From an uncultured Lentisphaeraceae bacterium (GTDB lineage: Bacteria > Verrucomicrobiota > Kiritimatiellia > RFP12 > UBA1067): a DNA stretch of 58,493 nt. Location: assembly GCA_964390795.1 (NCBI GenBank), contig CAYMLQ010000003.1:1-58493 (forward strand). The letters run 5' to 3'. Position numbers and translations under genes: made by a program. Under the pieces are notes generated by a model. The model saw nothing but the letters and a program-made list of their open reading frames with translations. It made no database searches and was not told the DNA's origin. Of this stretch, positions 40,201 to 45,709 are shown piece after piece (the first letter of the stretch is position 1; every line of letters starts with the position of its first letter).

Positions 40201-43200
40201 GAAAGTGAGCGTGCCGTTTCCGTATTTGGTCAGGGCACCGTAACCCGAGATCATGCCGCTGAAGGTTTGCGCGGCTGAACTGGCGAAGGTGAACGTGCCA
40301 TTATTGAAGATGTCGCCGGCGTAGGCGCCGCTGTTCAACTGGCTTGCGCCACCGAACGTCAGCGTGCCGTTGTTCACGGCAATCAAGGCCGGGTTGTACG
40401 CGGTCATGCCCGAGAGGGTGATGCTGGCGGAGCCTTGCTTGGTCAGCGGGCCGGTTCCTTCAAGCTGGGCAGCGACGGTATAGTTGTTGGTGCTGTTGTT
40501 GAAAAGCAGGGTGGCGGGCGAGACCGCGCCGCTGCTGGAGACAACGGAGTTTGCTGCCGCGGTGTCGTCGAAGATCGTCGCCGCGCCGGCGGGATAGATC
40601 GCCTCAGCTCCCCCTACCAGCCAGTTCAGGTCCGAACCGTCCCAACTGCCCGAATAAGCGCCGTTCCACAGCGCGCCGGCAATGCCGGTGTCAGTGACCT
40701 TCAGTACGATGCTGTTTTCGCCCTGCTCCAGCGTGGCGTTCGGATAGGCGGTCAGTAGCGTGACGGAGGCGCCGGCGTTCGTGGTGATGCCCGCCACGCT
40801 GCTGAGCAGCGTATAGGTGCCTGCGGGAATGCCGTTCGTGGGGAAGTTGAGTGCGATGCGGTTCACGCCGGTCAGTACCACCTTCGAGCCTGCGCCCGTC
40901 AGCGCGATCAGGTCATTGACGCCGACGTCGGCGACGGTCGCGAGGTCGAAGGTCAGCACTGCACCGTTCAGGGTCAGGGCCGTCGCGGAGGCGCTGGCCA
41001 CTGTGAGGGTTCCGACCGCACCGAGTCCTCCGGGTGCCAGCAGGCTGTTCGTGGCTGCCGTTATCACGCCGTTCACCGTGCCGCTGCCGCCGAAGGTCGC
41101 TCCGGTGTTCACCGTGACCGCACTGCCGGACGCCAACGAACCGGGGCTGTTGACGATCAGCGCACCGCCGTTGACCGTGGTCGCGCCGCTGTAGGTGTTC
41201 GCGCCAGACAGGGCCAGCATGCCCGCACCGTTCTTGGTCAAGCTGTAGCCGCCGCTGATCGCGCCGCCCACGGACAGGGTGTTGGTCAGAACCGTGACGG
41301 TGCGATTCGCGTTCATCGAAGCCGCACCGGTTCCCAGATTCAGGCTCTTGCTGCCGATAAAGGTGAAGTCGCCGTTCAATGCCAGCGTGTTGTTCGAAGC
41401 CAAGGTGATGTCGGCGCCGCTGCTGTTATCGATGCTCGCGCTGCCGATGATGAACGTGCCTGTGCCGAGCGCGGAGGCGTTGTTGATGTTGAGTACGCCG
41501 CCGCTGAGGGTGGTGCCGCCGCTGTGGGTGTTGGCGCCCGAGAGCGTCTGTATGCCGGTGCTCGTCTTCGTGAGGGCAACCGTCGCCGCGCCCGCTCCGT
41601 TGCGGATCACGCCGGAGAAGTCGCCCGCCTGGCCGTTATTACCAATGGTCAGCGTGATGGCGCTCGCGCCGCTGTTGGTGACGAGTCCGATGCCGGACAA
41701 GCCGCCGATCGAGCCGTTGGCAGGGAAGTCGAGCGTGCCATTGGCTTGCACGAAGTAGCCGCCGAGGCAGTTCGCGGTAAATTGGCGCAGCGTGGCACCG
41801 GGGCTGATCAGCCACGGAGCATCTGTGCTGCCAGCGTGCTGAAGCTCGACCGTACCTTGGTCCACGACAAAGACAGATTTGTGATTCGGGTCACCAGTGA
41901 ACCTCAAGGTGCCTGCGCCGGTCTTGGTTACCGTGTTCGAGCCAAGGTCAGGCGTGCTCGCGCCCACGAAGAGCGTCGATCCCGCACCCACGTCGAGCAC
42001 CGCATTGTTGTACATGGAGATCACGCCGTTTACCGTGTTGGTCCCAGGGTTGCTACAGGACAGCTTGCCCCTCAACTCGATGGGTTCGGTGGCGTAGACG
42101 ATGCCCGTCGGCATGGCACCCAGCTCGAGGATGCCGCTGGAGGCAACAACCGTCCCCAAGCCTGAGGCTGAGGGGCCGAGCGCGCCGGCGCTGCCGATAC
42201 GCAATGTGCCGTTGGTAACGAGCGTGAGGCCGCTGAAAGTATTGGTGCCCGAAAGCGTGAGCGGCGCGCTGCCGCAAACCGTCAAGTTGCCACTGCCCGT
42301 AATGAGTCCGCTGTTCGTCTGGGCGACGGTGCTCGCATAGACCAGCTCGCCGTTATTGATGATGTTCGTTCCGAAGTTGCCGGCTCCCAGAACGCCCCCT
42401 TCTCCGATTCTCAGCAGGCCGGACGCGATCGTAACGGTGCTAACAAACGTGTTGTTACCCGTCAGGGTGACTTCGCCCGAGCCTAGCTTATAGACCATTC
42501 CCGCGCCGCCGATGGGCGCAGAGACGGTGAAGTTGCTCAGGCTGTTATTGAAGAGGGTCGAACTGGGGGTGACTGTGGCCGAACTGCTGACCGCGAACTG
42601 CGCGGCGGTGTCGTCGAAGGCAACCGGATCGCCGGGCGTGAAGGCGAGCGCCACGCCGTTGGTGCGCCAGTTCTGAGCGCCGTCGTCCCAGCTCGTCGAG
42701 GCATCGCCCTTCCACAGCAGGGATTTCGCGCCGCCGGGCGCGACGTCGAGGCGGACCATCGTTGCGTTGGTGAACAGGGAGACGTTGGGATAAGCGGGCG
42801 AGAGGACGAAGGAGCCCGTGCCGGTGCGGTAAGGGAACGTCATCAGCGTGTAGGAGCCCTCAGGCGCGGAGCCGTTGGGGAAGTTGAGCGAGATCGTGTT
42901 GACGCCGTTCAAGGTCACCGTGCTGGCGACGGTCACTTTGTCCGTCACGGAACTCAAACCGTCTGGCGCAGTGAGGTCGAAGTGAAGCGAGGCGGCCGTC
43001 AGCGACAGCGTGCTGTTCAGGCTCAGCGTGCCGGCCGTGTTGATGTCGCCCGGAGCCAGCGTGCCGCCCGAGGCGACGGTCACTGATCCGTTGAGCATGC
43101 CTGTGCCGCCCAGAACCGCCCCGATGTTGACTGTCGCTGCGCTGCCCGCGCCCAGCAGACCGCCGGGGGCGTTAACCAGCAGCTTGCCGCCGTTGACCGT

Positions 43201-44532
43201 CGTTGCGCCCGTATACGAATTGGTTCCCGAGAGAATCCACGTGCCGCTGCCGGCCTTGGTGATCGCCAACGAGTATACGCCGACGTTAGCGAGAGGCGCG
43301 CTGAACTCGCCGATGCCAGCCGTCGAGCCCTGCAGCGTCAGCGTCCTGCTTGCGCCAAGGATGTTCGGGGTTGCCGTGAAGGTCAGTTTGCCGCTCGCGC
43401 CGGACTGGTCGATCTTGGGGTCGCTGTTCACTACGATGATACGGTCACTGTTTTCGCCAATACCCGTGTAGACCAGCCGTCCATTGGCGGTGAAAATGAT
43501 GTTTGTGCCCTGGCCAAGGTTACTGGTCAGCGAGCCGCGGTTTCCGATTCGCGAAACGAATAGAGAGCTGATTGTGCCGAAGCTGACATGGCCCAGGAAG
43601 GTGTTGGTGCCGTTGAAGACATAATTGCCGGTGCCCAAGCCGGCAGAGGGCTGCCATATCTCAATGCCGCCTAAGCCGGTGATATTTGCGTTGACGGTAA
43701 GCGTGCGGCCCGGCGCCACATTCAGGTCTGTATAGTTAAAGAAACCGTTTAAAGCGGTATCGGTGGTGCCCAACTTCAGGCTCCCGGACCCGTTGATGGT
43801 GCAATCTTGGTAACAATTGAGCGCGTTTCCGCCCCCCGCGTTGAGATAGAGTTCTTTGTCGCCAATGTCGATGACGCTGCTGGGGCCGCCGTACATGTTG
43901 AGCTGCGTGAGGGTGTTCGAACCCGCAAGCGTGATGGTGCTCGTGTTGTAAGTGGTTAAGTACAAGGATGCTGCGCCACCAAGACGCAGACTGTTGAACT
44001 GAACCGGGCCGTTGCCGAGAACCGTCAGCGTCTTGTTTCCGGGGGCACCGCTGGTCTCGATCGGGCAACCGAAAACGTCGGCGAACAAGAGGGATCGTGC
44101 GGGATTGTCGTTGCGGAACGTGTACGGCTGGGTCGCCCGGTCGCCGCCGAGCTGAACGCCGCAGTTGAAGATCTGGCTGTTGCCGGCCGTAGAGGAGAGC
44201 GTGATTTCGCCGCTGTCGGCCAGCACAAGCGTCTGGCTGCCAGCCGCGCCTGTCCCGATCGTGTAGGCGGCAACACTGGGCGTGTCGAAGCGTACATTCC
44301 GGATATATTGGATGCCCGTCAGGTCGATATTCGTCTGGTCGTTGCCCGAGCCAGTGAAGAAGGCAGTCTCGCCAACTCCCGACGGATACGGGGACGCGCT
44401 CCAATTCGAGCTGTTCGTCCAGTAGACGCTTTGAGAGCCATTCCAGACACCGTTTGCGGCGTGCACTGTGCAGGCGGCAAAAAATACCACGGTGTTGACA
44501 ACAAGCAGAAACCGACGCCAGTTCATTTTCAT
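25231..44532 (-). CDS. Giant (6,433 aa) secreted adhesin-like protein with autotransporter-associated beta-strand (PATR) repeats and a PA14-like domain
   Basis: Signal peptide ending TVHA-A, many LTKxGxGTLxLxGxNTYxGxTxVxxGxL repeats, Gly/Thr/Asn-rich composition and a PA14-like segment near the C-terminus. The ATG at 44532 has an AGAGGT RBS. Confidence 0.9.
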   Translation of the reverse strand: MKMNWRRFLLVVNTVVFFAACTVHAANGVWNGSQSVYWTNSSNWSASPYPSGVGETAFFTGSGNDQTNIDLTGIQYIRNVRFDTPSVAAYTIGTGAAGSQTLVLADSGEITLSSTAGNSQIFNCGVQLGGDRATQPYTFRNDNPARSLLFADVFGCPIETSGAPGNKTLTVLGNGPVQFNSLRLGGAASLYLTTYNTSTITLAGSNTLTQLNMYGGPSSVIDIGDKELYLNAGGGNALNCYQDCTINGSGSLKLGTTDTALNGFFNYTDLNVAPGRTLTVNANITGLGGIEIWQPSAGLGTGNYVFNGTNTFLGHVSFGTISSLFVSRIGNRGSLTSNLGQGTNIIFTANGRLVYTGIGENSDRIIVVNSDPKIDQSGASGKLTFTATPNILGASRTLTLQGSTAGIGEFSAPLANVGVYSLAITKAGSGTWILSGTNSYTGATTVNGGKLLVNAPGGLLGAGSAATVNIGAVLGGTGMLNGSVTVASGGTLAPGDINTAGTLSLNSTLSLTAASLHFDLTAPDGLSSVTDKVTVASTVTLNGVNTISLNFPNGSAPEGSYTLMTFPYRTGTGSFVLSPAYPNVSLFTNATMVRLDVAPGGAKSLLWKGDASTSWDDGAQNWRTNGVALAFTPGDPVAFDDTAAQFAVSSSATVTPSSTLFNNSLSNFTVSAPIGGAGMVYKLGSGEVTLTGNNTFVSTVTIASGLLRIGEGGVLGAGNFGTNIINNGELVYASTVAQTNSGLITGSGNLTVCGSAPLTLSGTNTFSGLTLVTNGTLRIGSAGALGPSASGLGTVVASSGILELGAMPTGIVYATEPIELRGKLSCSNPGTNTVNGVISMYNNAVLDVGAGSTLFVGASTPDLGSNTVTKTGAGTLRFTGDPNHKSVFVVDQGTVELQHAGSTDAPWLISPGATLRQFTANCLGGYFVQANGTLDFPANGSIGGLSGIGLVTNSGASAITLTIGNNGQAGDFSGVIRNGAGAATVALTKTSTGIQTLSGANTHSGGTTLSGGVLNINNASALGTGTFIIGSASIDNSSGADITLASNNTLALNGDFTFIGSKSLNLGTGAASMNANRTVTVLTNTLSVGGAISGGYSLTKNGAGMLALSGANTYSGATTVNGGALIVNSPGSLASGSAVTVNTGATFGGSGTVNGVITAATNSLLAPGGLGAVGTLTVASASATALTLNGAVLTFDLATVADVGVNDLIALTGAGSKVVLTGVNRIALNFPTNGIPAGTYTLLSSVAGITTNAGASVTLLTAYPNATLEQGENSIVLKVTDTGIAGALWNGAYSGSWDGSDLNWLVGGAEAIYPAGAATIFDDTAAANSVVSSSGAVSPATLLFNNSTNNYTVAAQLEGTGPLTKQGSASITLSGMTAYNPALIAVNNGTLTFGGASQLNSGAYAGDIFNNGTFTFASSAAQTFSGMISGYGALTKYGNGTLTFAGSNLYSGATIVNAGILKVQHAYGLGLTTVGTTVNPGGNLELAGGVNTLAEALALNGTLSSQTGSNTFNGLVTLTSGSRIDVGTGSTLVLANSGSSCIQANGPFVKTGGGRLALLKDPNGNGQMTVREGIADIVAGTMDANVVVNNGAWLYACGSALNSTSSRLQVDAGGTCVLRGDNNIGGFAGAGLVTRDISGTNTLTIGNNNMSETFSGVITNGAGTLALKKTQTGVQILSGKNTYTGATTVELCGALYIVSPGSLGNTVVTVNNTGTILGGNGSIQGGVTLTGYNILSPGVSNTIGTLTLGSTLALTTSTLLCDISASPAEDYDRVTVAGALTLNGSNVVSLSFPAGAAAAGDYTLMTFASKAGTGTFQLAGAYPNAALVLSNTNLLLRVSGSGTSSLTWNGNVSASWDGSDANWLLGSGPATFTDGSAVAFNDAASSFNVTSLGDVTPSALVFNNAVNIYSVAANIKGTAPLNKFGLAATYLTGISSYNPSSVMIANGWLYLNQNAQLNGGVYSGNLIVNAGGFNYGSTPPQTLSGIISGSGGLTKSGSGTLTLANTNTFSGTMTVNGGTLYARACPAAMGTGGLTLSGGTMELDHDAGLTFVNNASMTASTGVKSGRLTYGPGVTNALGTLTLGNVTLSASAGLNVIPGTPYGLRFGNTTISGNTPTFDVANNGIGIGYLTLGTLSGNYHLNKQGAGTLFLGSSSARTAGTNTVTAGTLKLGHPYALGTSGATLALTLNSGILDLATDTSVTNYPTRVGGAATILSNKATPNSDGITHILGPLAITSNLGVAPGANVKAGTPFGLTFGTTTLLGNPAFDVAANGTLTLGSASGTYSVTKSGNGTLVFASPNAYTGVTAITRGRFIITGANGSISNTSAITLSGDSTLELRNSTASNWTDRVRNGVPLTLAGGTINFTHTGGATGYGETLGALSITSGTNQFVTSQANVGYTSVVTLASIARSGVSLINFVGEGLGDSNRNAIFIPGQPEGNLGPWATVNGTNFAFYSTTRGVCATTSTYDLAARGPDSVIPNDSNIVARINSPGVAGPITLDSTLTNRIFGIRQNTGTDAVISTLNGTANKILLTHGLFITDGQGSLTVGEKFGDGFLAPLVATEGLLLDVDGTSGILTLNSPIADIGGVVVLKKFGSGKVVLPNSSTYSGATTIHEGTLVAQHANALGATAAGTTVNTGAVLEVAGSIATAAEALTLYGTLSSQTGVNTYAGAVTAVLGSPVIDVGPSSILILSANGSTAGSGILTKTGAGTLRINGDPNLTGTGLYVINAGTMELNHSGTTDVPISIAPGATLINVLANCLHDSMSITNNGTFDIRGTDTMGMLVGGGRVTVGTGVSPTLTIGNESSKVATFSGVIENGRGVLSLSKSGNSTQILTGTNTYTGPTLLNERSGILLVNSPGSLKGTVAVTVSSGTTLGGNGAVMSPVTVLAGGCLLPADAGGIGTLTLGSSLTLNGATLYYDIPATLSASDAIDVAGVLTVNGVNTIALSFPGGVAPAGDYTLMNFASRSGAGTFVVLNSTPNATLELTATSLILHISSATGFGLTWNGNLSSVWDGGFLNWKNNSGAASYTEGSIVTFDDSLLANATVTSVGAGVSPSAIYININTNNYTINAAISGTAPLVKSGWTSAYLNNALNYNPASITVNPVGTLYIGTAGNAQLNNGTYNNPIFVNGGRFQFESGASLTLNSLITGGGSLSKYGTGTITLNAANTYRGGTTHGAGQMNINNGGIDNTASSIGIGRIYIGSGAIFDNLSGSDITLLTANPQDWNGDFIYAGSANSLNFGTGAVNLPASRTLTVRANTFTIGGIITQTSGQTYGLTKAGNGTLVLSGANAYGGTTTLSGGTLVAQAKTNVLGTGAITLNTAGTTLDYGNDTALTFNNAATVSASMTVKSGRLTPGPGVTHTLGTLSINASTLSMAPGTNTLVNTPYGLTYGATTLTADPAVFNVANNGSAAGTLTLGAVGGNFALTKKGNGVLRLASVSLLGGPLTSNNGRILAVTGGSCSNSTVTVQASDVADAAASLNILYSAANTQWTCSNLVTAVSLAPAASRPALDFSFAALPSTTVAPLRVRDTVTFATNPVVNVYMGNLTVPTNAYPLMVVGVSAPTVVPTLNMVGGYTNSFLYWNGNTLMLRLFASGVPLKWTPGVTSSGTWDINNSANLVWTNSAAMAYAYYQEPFGSGAAGDNVLFDDSTLTGPSTVTLSGAPSPSSVVMTNNLYAYTFAGSGVIAGAGTFSKLGTNRLTLATANTYTGATTFASGIVDIPAGAGLNVGNTANAGLLNVGTLSSKAVVNITGGTVNATKNSQPALQVGTTSGAIGVINLSAGVLNAGSDIWLGAGGNGQNGFGALNVTGGSVTSASYLAIGRASGATGNNRGELLVSGGTVTVNLNTLEIGSYQNAVANTCVATLTGGTVTMAAGAGDVRVGNSASGILNVSGSAALNVLNLGMSLRFGNGAGVVGIANLNGGTVTVPAVTQYSGAFGYLNFNGGTLKANKNNAAFISGLTAARIYAGGATIDDGGYALTIGQSLHSPWGNGVSLAGMTFSGTGFIAPPIVDIAGFGNGASAVATIDSNGNLTGVTLTSPGANYHMGTPTLTFTGGGGTVTQSGSASTVPNTSGGLTKRGAGTLTLTGTNTYSGATVVNGGRLVLVTGASCSNSAVTVQSVGTGTNALFGVRYAGSDAQAAVAGLTTSAGLSGGGAPDLEFAFAAVPSATTAPLAVTGDAAFTVTPGVRVILTGLTVANGTYPLMTVGGTAPSAVPALTLAGGYSGSTLSWVGNTLMLNLAGSAAALTWGTGAAGNGSWNINDSANLIWKDSAAASAYYQETAGSVGDPVVFDDTYVSLNNAVTLTTTVTPAGVTANNATFAYTLSGSGAIAGTNALVKSGAANFRLANANTYSGGTLINVGGVLQVSNSGGLGTGGVTNNGTLNLDAGAGGTGDVNYTGLNNSLSGAGTNNVSLGTGSARIYLTGNYSGFVGVWNIGVGAFAGASRAEMTGLDNAAATVNVLTNGTLWANSSVTRNATLNLYGGDTGESYGQLRLDAGLWAGPVALCGPITGVGDAFFGSQSSNSEISGPISEMNGPYEVSKVGATTLTLSGANTYLGPTAVKAGALRVATLGSVGGGASPLGAPTSAAQGTVKLGYTTAPGTLVYAGMGETSDRVIDLAGTTGGGTIDHSGTNLLALTGGLMHSGIGAKSLTFQGSTSGIGEFSGVIGNTPYGNAITVAKSGAGIWKLSNANTYSGGTTLNGGALVATHPNALGTGTITIPGTVATLYLDHNGVNAFTNYVLMNSLSVATVVLGNGGSEDAVSHSLGDFDLGSVTINVSAATNVVNGVPALNIPSINLSSGSAGSVILVPTNNATIRVGTAAILRSSAAKTLWLDGLSLGNVVTGPISNGLNTLSLTKANASTWTLYGSNTFGGATTISGGSLVLAGANGALAGTSALTLSGNAVLELRNSELTNATDRLRDLTGITLSGGTLRFAHEGGAADYSERMGALSVTASTNTFATSLADGGQTSVVTIASLAYASGATLDFTGTGLGQSDQNRIYITAQANGPIGAWATVNGTNLAAYSSTLGVYAFGASGSDVVTNLAARGNVPNSVVPDNANAFAQITEPGDSGPITLEGIWTNRIFMVQQSQPVAATIDTVSYTTNKTLLASALTIAAGQGSMTLGANPGNGYVAPLNPGGNLKLENNNAGAVLTVNAAVANNTTASTVSKYGSGTAVLAGSNTFSGAVTINAGTLEFGGPFAQRLSNVIGGAGSLAKSGTNQLHLLGANTYTGPTYINAGMVRPNQNNAFGNSTESVIIAEGATLNLGCTPDVGGTRAMDQLNLSTRLFIVSGAGYDGAGAIVNVSTTTQVSAMSRISLAGHTTFGGNQRWDLLTGSPTLDLNGYTLSKTNVNEIALRGTTLLNPGAGHIAINQGRLRFESAATINGTSANTNTVNSGGTFDLWNFVGSMPLWTLVLNENSLFTGSGTVPATNQNIWAGPVVLNGKSYLNNGSANVSWTINGDISGPGTLVRSGSSPSTLWLMSTNNTYSGQTIISNGTLFARAPGSLPGYDAGKVTIAPAATLALRSDDGVTGWNADQIKSLHDTSTFASNTAVLSIDTTPADVDYLGNLTKALALTKRGNNTLTLNGTNTFTGSLIVNGGTLVLPSSSTNAPGLITVSGGSTNTSLIIDGVTTIGTNTTHVVTVASASGDRSVATLSTNATFGKLLLGNVNGSSGAFIQKNGILAVGPTIGSTEVLNLGNGGGGYGYYRMNNGSLTTGQLGLGGGGGGNGVFDLYNGTVKVQTPNGWLIFNWGTGISILNMFGGSVTAPPGANDTTLSYAGNAANHGVINMLGSSALLDTTPNGRMLNMARSAGSYLAAVNLNSGTIRANKVYAQVTGTPTVFGFNGGTLLAGSSTNAFMQGLTAAPVYPGGAVIDSSNATVTVGQSLLAPTGYGVTYIPLLTGGTNYIGAPAVKITGGSGLGATAIATIDLDDGSPTKGQVTGITITSSGVGYQWYDAPVATLVGGGATTPATVGFCQLALNTSVGGLTKLGSGTLTLAGTNTYGGTTLINSGTLRLGLPNAIPTNAAVVVNGGTYDLGGFVSTITNGSVTVLSGSVSNGTFNASLNKIGPDSATLSAAQETAQPLVVSEGTLTLAPVSRSQRAGLYEGRSALSNFDLTSPNPMSQVKLSVTNAYLSFASNAASGGIWLDNSTYIYSGYIWNNSATNEVWTFNKAFDDSGLVKIDGVTIINDGVHSTNVLANVTMSPGPHALEVRLGQGTGGVGPNTSYPGIGVDRLGRNTRNAAYFQRLQDPGDGSFLTLSALGRADLLDSNSVVEVDTNATLNLGGTTQTVAQISGSGTVSNGTLAVTDVIAPGGTNVIGTLTVAASTTANGTLLVDLGANGSSDRLAVQGNLNMSGLSLQIANLEQLDTRKVYTIMTYTGSISGTFSTHNLPSTHWHVSYVNGAVKLIYVNGTLIRLR

Positions 44533-44594
44533 AACAACCAACCTCTTACTATTAATAGCCACGACCTGCACGCTTCCCAATTGAAGATGGTGAC

Positions 44595-44623
44595 AGAATA
44601 ATCATGAGATTCTTGGATGTCAA
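44595..44623 (-). promoter_or_regulatory. Sigma-70-type promoter of the giant gene
   Basis: Minus strand TTGACA (44623-44618), 17-bp spacer, TATTCT (44600-44595). Confidence 0.65.
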
Positions 44624-44636
44624 CGATATTTGTCGG

Positions 44637-44660
44637 CGATTTATAAACGATTTATAAACG
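44637..44660. promoter_or_regulatory. 11-bp tandem direct repeat (CGATTTATAAA x2), candidate transcription factor site
   Basis: Exact AT-rich duplication just upstream of the -35 element. Confidence 0.5.
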
Positions 44661-44780
44661 CGGGCGCATCCCTTTTTTCATTGACTTGTCGGGCAGTATC
44701 TTGCGCTGGGCGCGTCCGGAGGCCGCGCGCCACCCCTGAAAGACTCGCCGCGCAGGGTAGCCCGCGACCGGGCGCGGAAG

Positions 44781-45704
44781 TCAGTGAAACGGGAGTGCGC
44801 CCGTTTTGAGGGGTATAGGGCCGTTCTGACGATGCACCTTTACACCGTAGTAAACAGCCGGGACAGGCAAAACCACGTCCAGGGGCGACTCACGGCTTTC
44901 GGCGATGCGGCGTTCCAGCAGCACACGGTCCGCCGTGTTGAAGGCGAACATGCCGAAGTGGTGCGGGATCAGGCGCGGAATGCCGGCGTCTAAACAGAGC
45001 GTACAGGCCTCATCGAAATCCATATTGCCGGGAACGCCGCGGCTGGCCAGATACGCGCTACGCCCGTTGACCGGCAGCAGCGCCAGTGAGGCGCCCGCCG
45101 CACGCAGCTTTGCCGCCAGCCCCTCATACGCAACCCCGTCGCCGCCGTGATAAACCGTCTGCGCGCCGAACCTGAAAAGATAACCGAGGAAGTGATGCTC
45201 GCCCCGCTCGTTCTGCTTGAACGTCTCGTGCGCGGCGGCCAGCGCTGTGATGCCCGCATCGCCGCCCAAACCCAGCGACTCGCCGGCGTTGAGCAGCGTC
45301 ATCCGCTGTTCGGGCACCCCGGCCTTGAGAGCAGCCTCGCGTTCGGCGCGCGGCACCGCGAACCGGCAGTGCGGGTTGTTCTCAGCCAGCACACCCAGCG
45401 ACCCCGGATCCATGTGGTCGCTGTGGCGGTGCGTGCAGAACACCCAGTCCAGCCCCCGGACCGCTTCTGCCGCAAGCGGCGGCGGCATCAGGCGCTGGTG
45501 CGGAAACTCCTGCCCCGCATACTTCACCGCCAGATAGTCCGAAAGATAAGGATCAACCATGATCCTCAGCTTCTCATAACGCAACAGGAAGCCGGCCTGC
45601 CCCAGCCAGGCCAGGCCCAGCACGCGCGGCGGCAGTTCTGCGGCGAGCAGCGCGGACGCTCCGCCCGCGTGTCGCTCCAACGGCCCGTGTGCGAGTTCAG
45701 TCAT
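44781..45704 (-). CDS. Metallo-beta-lactamase-fold hydrolase (UlaG-like lactonase family)
   Basis: WLGQAGF, VDPYLSD, THRHSDHMD, YHGGD, LLPVNG and IPHHFGMF. The start is 45704 or 45713. Confidence 0.88.
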   Translation of the reverse strand: MTELAHGPLERHAGGASALLAAELPPRVLGLAWLGQAGFLLRYEKLRIMVDPYLSDYLAVKYAGQEFPHQRLMPPPLAAEAVRGLDWVFCTHRHSDHMDPGSLGVLAENNPHCRFAVPRAEREAALKAGVPEQRMTLLNAGESLGLGGDAGITALAAAHETFKQNERGEHHFLGYLFRFGAQTVYHGGDGVAYEGLAAKLRAAGASLALLPVNGRSAYLASRGVPGNMDFDEACTLCLDAGIPRLIPHHFGMFAFNTADRVLLERRIAESRESPLDVVLPVPAVYYGVKVHRQNGPIPLKTGALPFH

Positions 45705-45709
45705 TGCCC

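Noticed and set aside
25231-44532. Classical autotransporter or CdiA/RTX toxin
   Set aside because: There is no C-terminal barrel, TPS domain, RTX nonapeptides, toxin tip or immunity gene.
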